From Candidatus Nomurabacteria bacterium (lineage in GTDB: Bacteria; Patescibacteriota; Minisyncoccia; Phycocordibacterales; UBA9973): a DNA stretch of 64,000 nt. Positions 8,767-17,250 of this stretch are shown one piece after another (within the stretch, counting starts at the first letter, position 1; each line of letters begins with the position of its first letter). The stretch spans positions 3,518 to 67,517 of the forward strand of contig JARIGS010000015.1 of NCBI GenBank assembly GCA_029288725.1, written 5' to 3'. Position numbers and translations under genes: made by a program. The notes under the pieces are model-generated. The model was not told the origin of the DNA, did no database searches, and saw nothing but the letters and a program-made list of their open reading frames with translations.

Positions 8767-11418
8767 TTAGTATATCACAATGTTAATAATGCGCTTGGGG
8801 ACAACTATGATTTTTTTGACGGTCATGCCCTCTAAATATTCCTGAATGCGTGGCAATGCTAGGGCAGCAGCTTCAACAGTTTCATTTGAGGCATCTGCCG
8901 CCACTGTCACTTCCCCGCGAACCTTCCCATTGATCTGCACACCAAGAGTCACCTCATCATCGATGATAAGTTTCGGATCATACTTCGGCCATCCAGAAAG
9001 ATGAATACTGGTATTACCCGTCCATAATTCTTCAGTAACATGCGGTGCAAATGGCGCAAGCAATTGGAGGAATATCTTGAAGTCATTCGCACTCACTGAG
9101 GTTTTCTCGAATTCATTGAGACAAATCATCAATGATGACACGGCGGTATTGAAGGAGAAGCTCTGGATATCTTCGGTAACTTTTTTGATGGTCTTATGTA
9201 GTATCTTTGCACCTTTTTGGTGAGAAGCAGCTTTCTCATCAGCAATCTTTTGTGACAGTCGCCACACTCGCTCAATAAATCTGCGGCTACCGATAATGCC
9301 TTCGGTGCTCCATGGCAAGTGTGCCTCAAATGGACCGAGGAACATTTCAAAGAGACGCAATGAGTCAGCCCCGTAGAGCTTCACTACTTCATCAGGGTTG
9401 ATGACATTGCCCCAGCGCTTGGACATCTTGCGGCCGTCCGCTCCGCCAATCAATCCCTGATTGCGCAATGCCTTAAACGGTTCCTTGGTTGGAACATATT
9501 CCATATCATATAAAAATTTGTGCCAGAAGCGACTGTACAAGAGGTGCCCAGTAGCATGTTCTGCCCCGCCGACATACATGTCGACATCGCGCCAATAGTC
9601 CACTGCCTTTTCGCTGGCAAATGCCTTAGCATTGGTAGGATCCATATAGCGCAGGAAGTACCATGACGATCCAGCCCAACCAGGCATGGTATTGGTCTCA
9701 TACCCTTCCTTGACCCAGCTCTTCACGCCGGCCAATGGTGACTCGCCATTGCCTGACGGCTCATATGACTTCACATTCGGCAGAGTTAATGGCAATGCTT
9801 TCTCCTTCAATGGCACGATCAGTCCATTGACCTCATGCCGCAACGGAATCGGTTCACCCCAGTAACGCTGACGGGCAAAGATAGCGTCGCGCATTTTGTA
9901 CTTCGTAACAATCTTGCCTTTAACGAAAGTGGTAATGGCTTTTTTTGCAGCAGCAGAATTCATGCCATTAAATTCGCCTGAGTGTACCAATGTTCCATAC
10001 GCTGTAGTGTGTTCATTATTGTCCGTTGCCTTCACTACTGTCCTGATCGGCAAATTGTATTTCTTTGCAAAGGCAAAGTCGCGCTCGTCATGTGCCGGCA
10101 CTGCCATCACTGCACCAGTACCATATGAAGCAAGAACATAGTCGGCAATCCAGACCGGCACTTCCTCGCCGTTAGCAGGATTGACTGCAACAATGCCTTC
10201 AAGCTGGATACCTGTTTTTCCTTGCGTTGCCGAAGCCTTGGCGGAGGCTGGGTCCGATTCCATAGTGCGTTCCTGTTCAGTTTTCTGGGCCACGCTTTTA
10301 ATGTACGTTTCAACCACAGACCAATTAGTAATCACATGCTTAAGATCTTGCACAAGCTGATGCTCAGGAGCGATAACGACATACGTTACGCCAAATAACG
10401 TGTCGGCACGCGTGGTGAAGACATTGAACGATCCGAGTTCCGGCACAGGATTTCCTGCCTTTGCCTGCAGGGTAAACTCTATCTCTGATCCCTCACTCTG
10501 CCCTATCCAGTTCTTCTGAATCTCTTTGATATTAGCCGGCCAGTCCAATGGCTCAAGATCCTTAAGCAAGCGATTAGCATAGGCGGTGATACGCATGAAC
10601 CACTGGCGCATTGCTTTCTTGATAACTGGATAGCCCCCACGTTCAGAGACGGGACCGTTTGGACCGTCGACAATTTCGTCATTCGCAAGCACTGTCCCCA
10701 TTTCCTCGCACCAGTTCACTTCGGCAAAGCCTTCATAGGCCAATCGGTAATGCATCAAAATATTTTGCTGATCAAGGGCAGTGAAACTGTTCCATTCCTT
10801 GGCAGAGAATAATGGCACGGTACCGTCAGTAACTGCAGCAACACTTTTGTTGCCACTTTTTTCAAACATTACAATCAGTTCCTTGATATCGCGAGCCTTG
10901 TTCTTTTTGGTGTCATACCACGCATCATAGAGCTTCAAAAAAATCCATTGCGTCCACTTGTAGTATTCAGGTCGATGCGTTGCCACTTCCCGACCCCAGT
11001 CGTATGAAAAGCCGATAATTTCCAATTGCTTTTTGTACTGTGCAACAAGCTTGTCGGTAAATGGTCCTGGATGCTTTTTAGTTTGGATTGCGTATTGCTC
11101 TGCCGGCAAGCCAAATGAGTCGAAGCCCATCGGGTGAAGGACATTAAACCCAGCCATACGCTGCATGCGGGCATAGACATCGCTACCGATATAGCCACGA
11201 GGATGACCAACATGAAGTCCTGCCCCAGAAGGATACGGGAACATGTCCAGTACATACATCTTTTTTCGGCGAAGCCGCCCTGAGCCTGTCGAAGGGTTTT
11301 CCGTCTGATACGTTTTGTTAGCCTCCCAGGCTTTCTGCCACTTTTTCTCAATCTTTATATGATCATAGGGCGCAACAAGCTTCCTTTGGCGCGCCGTAGC
11401 TTTAGCAGAGGTCGGCAT
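8767..11418 (-). CDS. leuS: Leucyl-tRNA synthetase
   Basis: Class I HIGH motif (PYPSGAGLHVGHPRGY), editing domain, KMSKR-type motif (GRKMSKRWGN). Start at MPTSAK; an upstream in-frame ATG at 11436 is also possible. Confidence 0.93.
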   Translation of the reverse strand: MPTSAKATARQRKLVAPYDHIKIEKKWQKAWEANKTYQTENPSTGSGRLRRKKMYVLDMFPYPSGAGLHVGHPRGYIGSDVYARMQRMAGFNVLHPMGFDSFGLPAEQYAIQTKKHPGPFTDKLVAQYKKQLEIIGFSYDWGREVATHRPEYYKWTQWIFLKLYDAWYDTKKNKARDIKELIVMFEKSGNKSVAAVTDGTVPLFSAKEWNSFTALDQQNILMHYRLAYEGFAEVNWCEEMGTVLANDEIVDGPNGPVSERGGYPVIKKAMRQWFMRITAYANRLLKDLEPLDWPANIKEIQKNWIGQSEGSEIEFTLQAKAGNPVPELGSFNVFTTRADTLFGVTYVVIAPEHQLVQDLKHVITNWSVVETYIKSVAQKTEQERTMESDPASAKASATQGKTGIQLEGIVAVNPANGEEVPVWIADYVLASYGTGAVMAVPAHDERDFAFAKKYNLPIRTVVKATDNNEHTTAYGTLVHSGEFNGMNSAAAKKAITTFVKGKIVTKYKMRDAIFARQRYWGEPIPLRHEVNGLIVPLKEKALPLTLPNVKSYEPSGNGESPLAGVKSWVKEGYETNTMPGWAGSSWYFLRYMDPTNAKAFASEKAVDYWRDVDMYVGGAEHATGHLLYSRFWHKFLYDMEYVPTKEPFKALRNQGLIGGADGRKMSKRWGNVINPDEVVKLYGADSLRLFEMFLGPFEAHLPWSTEGIIGSRRFIERVWRLSQKIADEKAASHQKGAKILHKTIKKVTEDIQSFSFNTAVSSLMICLNEFEKTSVSANDFKIFLQLLAPFAPHVTEELWTGNTSIHLSGWPKYDPKLIIDDEVTLGVQINGKVRGEVTVAADASNETVEAAALALPRIQEYLEGMTVKKIIVVPKRIINIVIY

Positions 11419-11444
11419 ATATAAGCATTTTTCCACAAAAAGCC

Positions 11445-12002
11445 TTATTCCGCAAACTTTTTAACAGCAGTCCATATCAGTGCTCCCAATGCAACAGCCA
11501 AAATAATAACTTTTAGCAGATTGTTGGCATCAGACCAATACCGTAGTGATGCGATGAATAGTGACAACACTCCGCCCCAGGCAAATGCCAGTGACAGTAC
11601 TTCATGCGCCACAAGTGAACCGGCAATGAGACTAAGAACACCGAGTATGACCAATGCGATAAAGATTGTGCGGTCATACTGCTTTTCTGCAGCATTGAAT
11701 TGCTGCTGTTTGGTGAAGTCAGGATTGCAGTATCCAGTTTGTGTCTTGCTGGTCGTAGAAGTGGGTGGCGCCACTTGCGTAATCCATTGTCCACCTGCCG
11801 TTATACAATCCTGCTGCGTAGTAATTTCTGGTACTACCTGTGTTTGAGGAAAGTACTCATTATAGTCTGGTGCTTTGTAGACCAATGACAATGCATAATT
11901 AAAAAATAAGTTAAGCACAATCACGATACCGATCACTACTGACCATTTCATAATGCTTGGTGTATTTTTTACAGTGTGGTGTTCCATGTGTAGAGTATAC
12001 AA
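11445..12002 (-). CDS. Hypothetical membrane protein (3 TM)
   Basis: ORF with hydrophobic segments at N- and C-terminus. No recognisable catalytic motif. Confidence 0.45.
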   Translation of the reverse strand: MYTLHMEHHTVKNTPSIMKWSVVIGIVIVLNLFFNYALSLVYKAPDYNEYFPQTQVVPEITTQQDCITAGGQWITQVAPPTSTTSKTQTGYCNPDFTKQQQFNAAEKQYDRTIFIALVILGVLSLIAGSLVAHEVLSLAFAWGGVLSLFIASLRYWSDANNLLKVIILAVALGALIWTAVKKFAE

Positions 12003-12011
12003 AAAAGCCGC

Positions 12012-12569
12012 TCATTGAGCGACTTTTACACCAGCAACAATTGCGTCCTTTAGGGTATCGTATGAAACAAATCCTGGGCCAATAAGGTCTTGAAAGTCCA
12101 GAAGGATCAGTTCCAGCCCAGAAAAGCCACGCTCACCACCAAACACCATGCGGACTTTTTCTTGACGATATTTGAGTGCCGCACGCCACTCTCCCACCTC
12201 ACCATAGGTATCACGTCCGTACGGCCCAGTCTCTGGTGGTCGAGGATCTGTTTTACTTTCCTCGGGAAGCCAGAAAATGATGCACCCTTGTCGCGAAGCA
12301 ATGTTAAGATAGTATCGCTCCCATATTTTTTGACGAGGAAATGGCTCACGCACATCCGGGTCATCAGCAACTGCATATTTAAAAAGTGGATGATTGTAAT
12401 CCCATCGACAAGGGCACGCTATGAAGACATCGGGCAGGCGTTCTGCAATCATACGAATGGCTTGTACTTGCCAATTGCCTCCTCCTCTGATTGGACCAGC
12501 TAAGAAAAAGACTTTTTTGTTACGAACATCCACTCGGGTTTTCGGAAGGATAAGGTTAATTTTTGTCAT
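12012..12569 (-). CDS. Nucleoside 2-deoxyribosyltransferase/DNPH1(Rcl)-like fold protein
   Basis: N-terminal KVFFLAGPIRGGGNW resembles the (I/V)YF(C/L)(G/A)(S/P)IRGG P-loop-like motif of DNPH1/NDT superfamily. Later GEVGEW could carry the catalytic Glu. Confidence 0.4.
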   Translation of the reverse strand: MTKINLILPKTRVDVRNKKVFFLAGPIRGGGNWQVQAIRMIAERLPDVFIACPCRWDYNHPLFKYAVADDPDVREPFPRQKIWERYYLNIASRQGCIIFWLPEESKTDPRPPETGPYGRDTYGEVGEWRAALKYRQEKVRMVFGGERGFSGLELILLDFQDLIGPGFVSYDTLKDAIVAGVKVAQ

Positions 12570-12603
12570 GATATGTAATTGTATTTTTCCTCACTCTACC
12601 AGG

Positions 12604-12624
12604 TATATTGACATAGTCAATATA
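12604..12624. promoter_or_regulatory. Perfect 9-bp inverted repeat TATATTGAC-ata-GTCAATATA in divergent promoter region
   Basis: Read directly from sequence. Lies between the divergently oriented genes 12012-12569 (-) and 12656-12910 (+). Confidence 0.4.
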
Positions 12625-12655
12625 CGGGAGTAGGATTTTAAAAAACCAATGAGTT

Positions 12656-12910
12656 ATGAATAAACCTAACCTATTCAAGCAGTCTCTTGTTCCAATTAGC
12701 CCTAAACACCGCATTTGGAAAATAATCATTTCTTTATCCGCGCTATTCCCGATGTATCACGGCAAAACCTTACTATTAGATGAAGAAAAAGGTACCGTAT
12801 ACATGGTTGGCAGTGATGATCAGCCATTCGACGTCGGGCATTATGATGCAGCGAAAGAAGATTACTGTCCGTGGAGTTTTAAAAACCCTGAGTGTTTAAA
12901 ATCCATCTGA
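12656..12910 (+). CDS. Hypothetical small protein (84 aa)
   Basis: ORF followed 4 nt later by a strong terminator. No recognisable domain. Confidence 0.4.
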   Translation: MNKPNLFKQSLVPISPKHRIWKIIISLSALFPMYHGKTLLLDEEKGTVYMVGSDDQPFDVGHYDAAKEDYCPWSFKNPECLKSI

Positions 12911-12913
12911 AAA

Positions 12914-12950
12914 AATGCCTTACCCATTTTAAAGGGTAAGGCATTTTAAT
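12914..12950. terminator. Bidirectional intrinsic terminator
   Basis: Hairpin atgccttaccc-attttaaa-gggtaaggcat with flanking A/T runs. Sits between convergent genes. Confidence 0.75.
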
Positions 12951-12957
12951 TTTCCAT

Positions 12958-13914
12958 TTATTTTTTCGCTACAATTGACTTCACGAATTCCTGAAGACTT
13001 GCACCAACTGCTTCAAGGGCAATGAGAAACGGTGCTTGGTTGGTGAGATGCGGATGAGTATCGAGTTCGATGAACCAGGGCTTGCCCCGTTGATCGACGA
13101 TGAATTCACTTTGCGAGTAATCCTTTGCACCGAAATGGGTATGCAACTTTTTTGCCAATTCAGAAAGCATCTCACGCTCGCTCGTACTGAAACCGCCATG
13201 GAGACGCGCATACTGTTCTTCACCAGCACGGATATCATGATGCAATATGCCACGTGATGGTGACTGTACCTCAACCACGGGTAAGGCGTACGGCGACTGC
13301 TGACGAAAATCATCGATCACGCCAACGGCCGCTTCCTTACCGTAAATATACTGTTCAGCAATGAACGGTTCGGCATTTGCAATACATTCATCAACAAATT
13401 GCGACAGTTCAAGTGGCGTGAACGCAAAATACGTGCGGACTGATCCCCCGCCCGACAATGGCTTCAATACCCACGGTGGTGCCATGGTCTTATAGATACG
13501 CTGAGTTACTTCAGACACCGATTCATTTCCTTCCGGTAAAATCAGCACTGATGGTGGCGTATCGATACCAAGTGCCTTAGCTTCCTCCTTGGCCCGCTGC
13601 TTATTGAATGCCAATTCCGCAACATCGGCTGATGAGCCAGTGTACGGAATGCCGTGCTGTTCAAAAAGTGACTGCATTTGTCCATCTTCACCAAACGCTC
13701 CATGAAGTGCGTTCCAGACAAGATCAACATGTTGCTTTGCAGTTTCGAGATCAGTCGGTACTCCTCTGACATGGAGCACACCGTCCTTGTCCAAAAGCAT
13801 GTCTACCGCTTCCAATCCCGCATCATGAAGCGCGCGTTGGACATTGGCACCCGTCTTGAGCGAGATACTATATTCAGGACTAACCCCTCCGCGGAGAATA
13901 CCGACACGTTGCAT
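12958..13914 (-). CDS. ddl: D-alanine--D-alanine ligase
   Basis: N-terminal MQRVGILRGGVSPEYSISLKTG, ATP-grasp fold motifs. 318 aa. TATACT -10 six nt upstream of ATG (leaderless). Confidence 0.9.
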   Translation of the reverse strand: MQRVGILRGGVSPEYSISLKTGANVQRALHDAGLEAVDMLLDKDGVLHVRGVPTDLETAKQHVDLVWNALHGAFGEDGQMQSLFEQHGIPYTGSSADVAELAFNKQRAKEEAKALGIDTPPSVLILPEGNESVSEVTQRIYKTMAPPWVLKPLSGGGSVRTYFAFTPLELSQFVDECIANAEPFIAEQYIYGKEAAVGVIDDFRQQSPYALPVVEVQSPSRGILHHDIRAGEEQYARLHGGFSTSEREMLSELAKKLHTHFGAKDYSQSEFIVDQRGKPWFIELDTHPHLTNQAPFLIALEAVGASLQEFVKSIVAKK

Positions 13915-13978
13915 GACTGTAGTATATCAAATTAAATAATCTTATGTGGTTTTCGCTATAACGTGCATCTCAAGAATG

Positions 13979-15226
13979 TTAAAACATACTTTTTTTACGA
14001 CGGTCTTTGTGGAAGGTAATGGCAAAACGATGAGCTTCGCTATTGGCAAGAAGAATGGCGAACTTTTGGGATTCAATCAGTTCCTGTGGACCAGTAATTG
14101 CTTTCGGCCGGTGACGCTCATCCTTGGTCACGGCAATGACCGGAATGTCCAACTGCAATTCCTTGAGTACCGCCTGGGCAACATTGCTTTGAATGGTGTT
14201 TCCATCAACCACGATTGCCGAAGGATACGCCCATTCAGTATGGGCCAAGCGACGAACAAGCACCTCCCGCAGTGCGCCCGCATCGTTTGCCGTATCAAAC
14301 CCCCTGATGATGAATTTACGATACTCATTTTTATTCGGTGTGGAATTTTCAATCACCGTCATCACGCCAACCATCTGCTTACCGGACAAGTGGGCAATGT
14401 CATATGCCTCCAGCCTGAAGACATTATCTACTGACGGGCGTTCAAGATCGCGCTTGATCAGTGACACATCCTGAATGTGTTCCAACGCAAAGACCTTTTG
14501 CTTCAATACTTCCGCTTCTTCAAATTTTTCCTCTTTTGCTGCCACTACCATTTCTTTCTTAAGGCCCTTAATCAAGGACTGCATTTTCCCCTGGAGGATC
14601 ATTTTGATACGACCGACATTCTGACGATATTGCTTTGCCGCTTCATTATTGGAAACGTCAGGGGCAAGTGCAATTTGTCGATAAAATACCTCCTTGTCCT
14701 TTTGAGCACTTGCCCGATCACGAAATGGAAAAATCCTTCTGATGATTTTTAAGGCTTCACGAATGGCCGGACCGTTGGGATACGGACCAAACACCGCATC
14801 GTATTTTGTATTGACCAAGCCCAAGCGTGGCAATGTTACGGTCTTATTGCGCACATCCAAATCCTTTTGACGAACCAAGATAATGCGCGGATAGTCCTCC
14901 TTGGTGATGACGACACTATTGAAACTCTTATCGTCCTTTTCCTTGGTGTTGTAGTACGGCTTGTATTTCTTGATGAGATTCGCTTCCAAAATCAATGCTT
15001 CAAGCACGGTTGGCGTCGTCTCATAGGTTACCGTCACCGCCTTAAAGACCATGTCGACGATATGTGCCCCGCGAGTCTTGATAATATCGGGCGCAAAATA
15101 CGAACGCACGCGATCCCGCAGTGACGTGGCCTTGCCAATATACAAGATAACGCCATCAGCGTCCCTCCAAAAGTACACTCCTGGCTCGGCAGGAAGTGCC
15201 AACTTGTCCAACTCTTGACGAATCAT
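13979..15226 (-). CDS. uvrC: Excinuclease ABC subunit C, short form lacking C-terminal (HhH)2 domain
   Basis: GIY-YIG nuclease motif (GVYFWRD...ILYIGKA...LRDRVRSYF), UVR domain (EEKFEEAEVLKQKVFALEHI), RNase H-like endonuclease region (DIAHLSGKQMVGVMTV...YRKFIIRG). Only 415 aa. Confidence 0.85.
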   Translation of the reverse strand: MIRQELDKLALPAEPGVYFWRDADGVILYIGKATSLRDRVRSYFAPDIIKTRGAHIVDMVFKAVTVTYETTPTVLEALILEANLIKKYKPYYNTKEKDDKSFNSVVITKEDYPRIILVRQKDLDVRNKTVTLPRLGLVNTKYDAVFGPYPNGPAIREALKIIRRIFPFRDRASAQKDKEVFYRQIALAPDVSNNEAAKQYRQNVGRIKMILQGKMQSLIKGLKKEMVVAAKEEKFEEAEVLKQKVFALEHIQDVSLIKRDLERPSVDNVFRLEAYDIAHLSGKQMVGVMTVIENSTPNKNEYRKFIIRGFDTANDAGALREVLVRRLAHTEWAYPSAIVVDGNTIQSNVAQAVLKELQLDIPVIAVTKDERHRPKAITGPQELIESQKFAILLANSEAHRFAITFHKDRRKKSMF

Positions 15227-15246
15227 AATAGAGTTGGATTATAGCA
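15227..15246 (-). promoter_or_regulatory. Extended -10 promoter (TGcTATAAT) for uvrC, near-leaderless
   Basis: TATAAT = revcomp of 15238-15243 with upstream TGn. ATG 11 nt downstream. Confidence 0.45.
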
Positions 15247-15252
15247 TATTTT

Positions 15253-16119
15253 TTACTTATTCATGTCTTGGAATCCTGTATCGATCGTTGGAGATTTGTC
15301 AGTATTGATAACATATGCAACATCTTTCCCTTGAACGTTTCCTTTCATAATCATATCGCGTGAAAATGTCATAAATGCATGAGGAAACTTCCGTAGCGTA
15401 TTCGGCCCTGCAATCTGATCATTTGCCGATAGGTGTTGCATAAAATTTTCTGGAGTGCCTCCATCCGCGATTTCGTATCGCTCTGTATCGGTAGGACGGC
15501 TATGTTTAACTTTCTCCAATACCCATTTTCTATATTCAATAAACTGCTGCTGTATCTGCGCCACCTTGGCCACACTAAGAGGTGTACCGGGGTGATGGGC
15601 AATATATTCATTCAGCATTTTGTCGGCGAATGATTTGGTTTTCATTCTTTCGTCTTTATCCAGGCCATGACTAATCGCATAGTCAACGTATCCTTCCCAG
15701 GCATCCATTTCTTCCTGACTAAGTTGGTGAAATTCCTTGGGAGCCTCAGCTGTTACCTCTTTCTTTACCTCAGGATTATTAATATGTTTCGCCTGCTGAC
15801 TCATTGCCTCTTTTGCAGGCAAAAGGCCTACTGCACTGATACCAATAGCGCGTAACAAATTTTTCCATCGTGAATGATGTTTTGGTTTTTCTTCTCTGTG
15901 AGCAACAAAAGCATTGCCTGAGGGTGCTTTTTCTAATTCAGGTTCTGGAGCATTAGCTAATGCGGCTTTTAGTGTTTCTATATTTGCAGTGTCGGAATTG
16001 ATTTCTTCTTGGTACTTATTGGCTTGCTGTTCTTCAGAATGTTCCTGATTTTTTCTCTCACTCTCATAAAGAGCTGATGCTTCCGCGGGCTGTTCATTGT
16101 TGGTGGGTATATTCTCCAT
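15253..16119 (-). CDS. Hypothetical protein, acidic low-complexity N-terminus
   Basis: 288-aa ORF, no recognised domain. Possible single TM (LLRAIGISAVGLL). Confidence 0.45.
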   Translation of the reverse strand: MENIPTNNEQPAEASALYESERKNQEHSEEQQANKYQEEINSDTANIETLKAALANAPEPELEKAPSGNAFVAHREEKPKHHSRWKNLLRAIGISAVGLLPAKEAMSQQAKHINNPEVKKEVTAEAPKEFHQLSQEEMDAWEGYVDYAISHGLDKDERMKTKSFADKMLNEYIAHHPGTPLSVAKVAQIQQQFIEYRKWVLEKVKHSRPTDTERYEIADGGTPENFMQHLSANDQIAGPNTLRKFPHAFMTFSRDMIMKGNVQGKDVAYVINTDKSPTIDTGFQDMNK

Positions 16120-16151
16120 ATGTCAGTAGTATACCAAATCTCCAATGTTAT

Positions 16152-17171
16152 CTATACTACCCTTTTGATTTCAGCAATAATTTCCTGCCATACTTCCTCT
16201 CCGGTCTTGTCGTGGGCAAAAATGGCATCCTCGGCATTGAGAAAATACTGTTCAGCCTCATGCTCGGCAAATGGTAACACGCCAGAATCTCGAAGCAACT
16301 TCATCAATTTCTGCTCGTCTTCTTCTGACCAATCATTGCCAAAATAGGTCTTTTCAAATGTTTCCTTATAAGATGCCTCGGCAACGTGCTGCAAATACCA
16401 CGTGAGCAATGTCTGCTGTCCGTCGGCAATATCGCTGCTCAAATCAGCAATGTCATCACGAAGTTGGAATGCCATGCCAAGATTGACGGCATAGTCCTCG
16501 GCAAATTCCTTAAGCTCCTCATCGGCACCAGCCAGAAGCATGCCAATGTAGAGCGGGTGAAAAAATGAATAGCGCGCACTTTTTAAGATCATGCTTTTCT
16601 CAATCATGTCCTTTGATCGATCCTTTTCCATCACCGAAAGCACGTCGAGCATCTGACCATGAATAACTTCCGATAATGCTATACGAAATTGCTGACTGGC
16701 TTCGTCTATAGTATAGGGCTCAATCATATCCACCGACTCAAGGCATTCATATGCCCAGGCCAAGAGCAGGTCACCAAGCAAAATCGCAATGGCCCTCCCT
16801 ACTTCCGCATCATGATAGGTTGTTTCAATATGGCGATGCACTGTTAAGGTGCCATGACGGACCGCTTCGTTATCCATGATATCGTCATGGACAAGACAAA
16901 ATAAGTGAAGCAATTCAATTGCCGCATACAAAGGAAAGACCGCTTCCTCACCGCCCTCAACGGTATAGCCAATGTAGGCCATATACGGACGAAAGCGCTT
17001 GCCACCCTGGGCAAATGTAGCGAGATACGACACGATCTTTCGCACCGAATCGCTGTCACTGTGCTGGGCAAAACCACCAATTTTTATTTCCAGTAATGAA
17101 TAAAACTGCTCATCGAACCACTGTTTGAATTCCTTTATTGTCATCATTCCCTCATCATAGAAAATGACCAC
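16152..17171 (-). CDS. Polyprenyl (geranylgeranyl/farnesyl) diphosphate synthase
   Basis: First Asp-rich motif LVHDDIMDNEAVR and second Asp-rich motif FQLRDDIADL. Start could be the internal Met at 17147. Confidence 0.85.
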   Translation of the reverse strand: MVIFYDEGMMTIKEFKQWFDEQFYSLLEIKIGGFAQHSDSDSVRKIVSYLATFAQGGKRFRPYMAYIGYTVEGGEEAVFPLYAAIELLHLFCLVHDDIMDNEAVRHGTLTVHRHIETTYHDAEVGRAIAILLGDLLLAWAYECLESVDMIEPYTIDEASQQFRIALSEVIHGQMLDVLSVMEKDRSKDMIEKSMILKSARYSFFHPLYIGMLLAGADEELKEFAEDYAVNLGMAFQLRDDIADLSSDIADGQQTLLTWYLQHVAEASYKETFEKTYFGNDWSEEDEQKLMKLLRDSGVLPFAEHEAEQYFLNAEDAIFAHDKTGEEVWQEIIAEIKRVV

Positions 17172-17221
17172 TCAAGAATATCTGAAGAAAGTACCAAGAA
17201 AAAATAAAAAGGGAAAATAAA

Positions 17222-17250
17222 AACGAGGAGCTCAGCTCCTCGTTTTTATT
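17222..17250. terminator. Intrinsic terminator downstream of uvrA
   Basis: Hairpin acgaggagc-tcag-gctcctcgt with T-runs on both sides. Confidence 0.7.
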
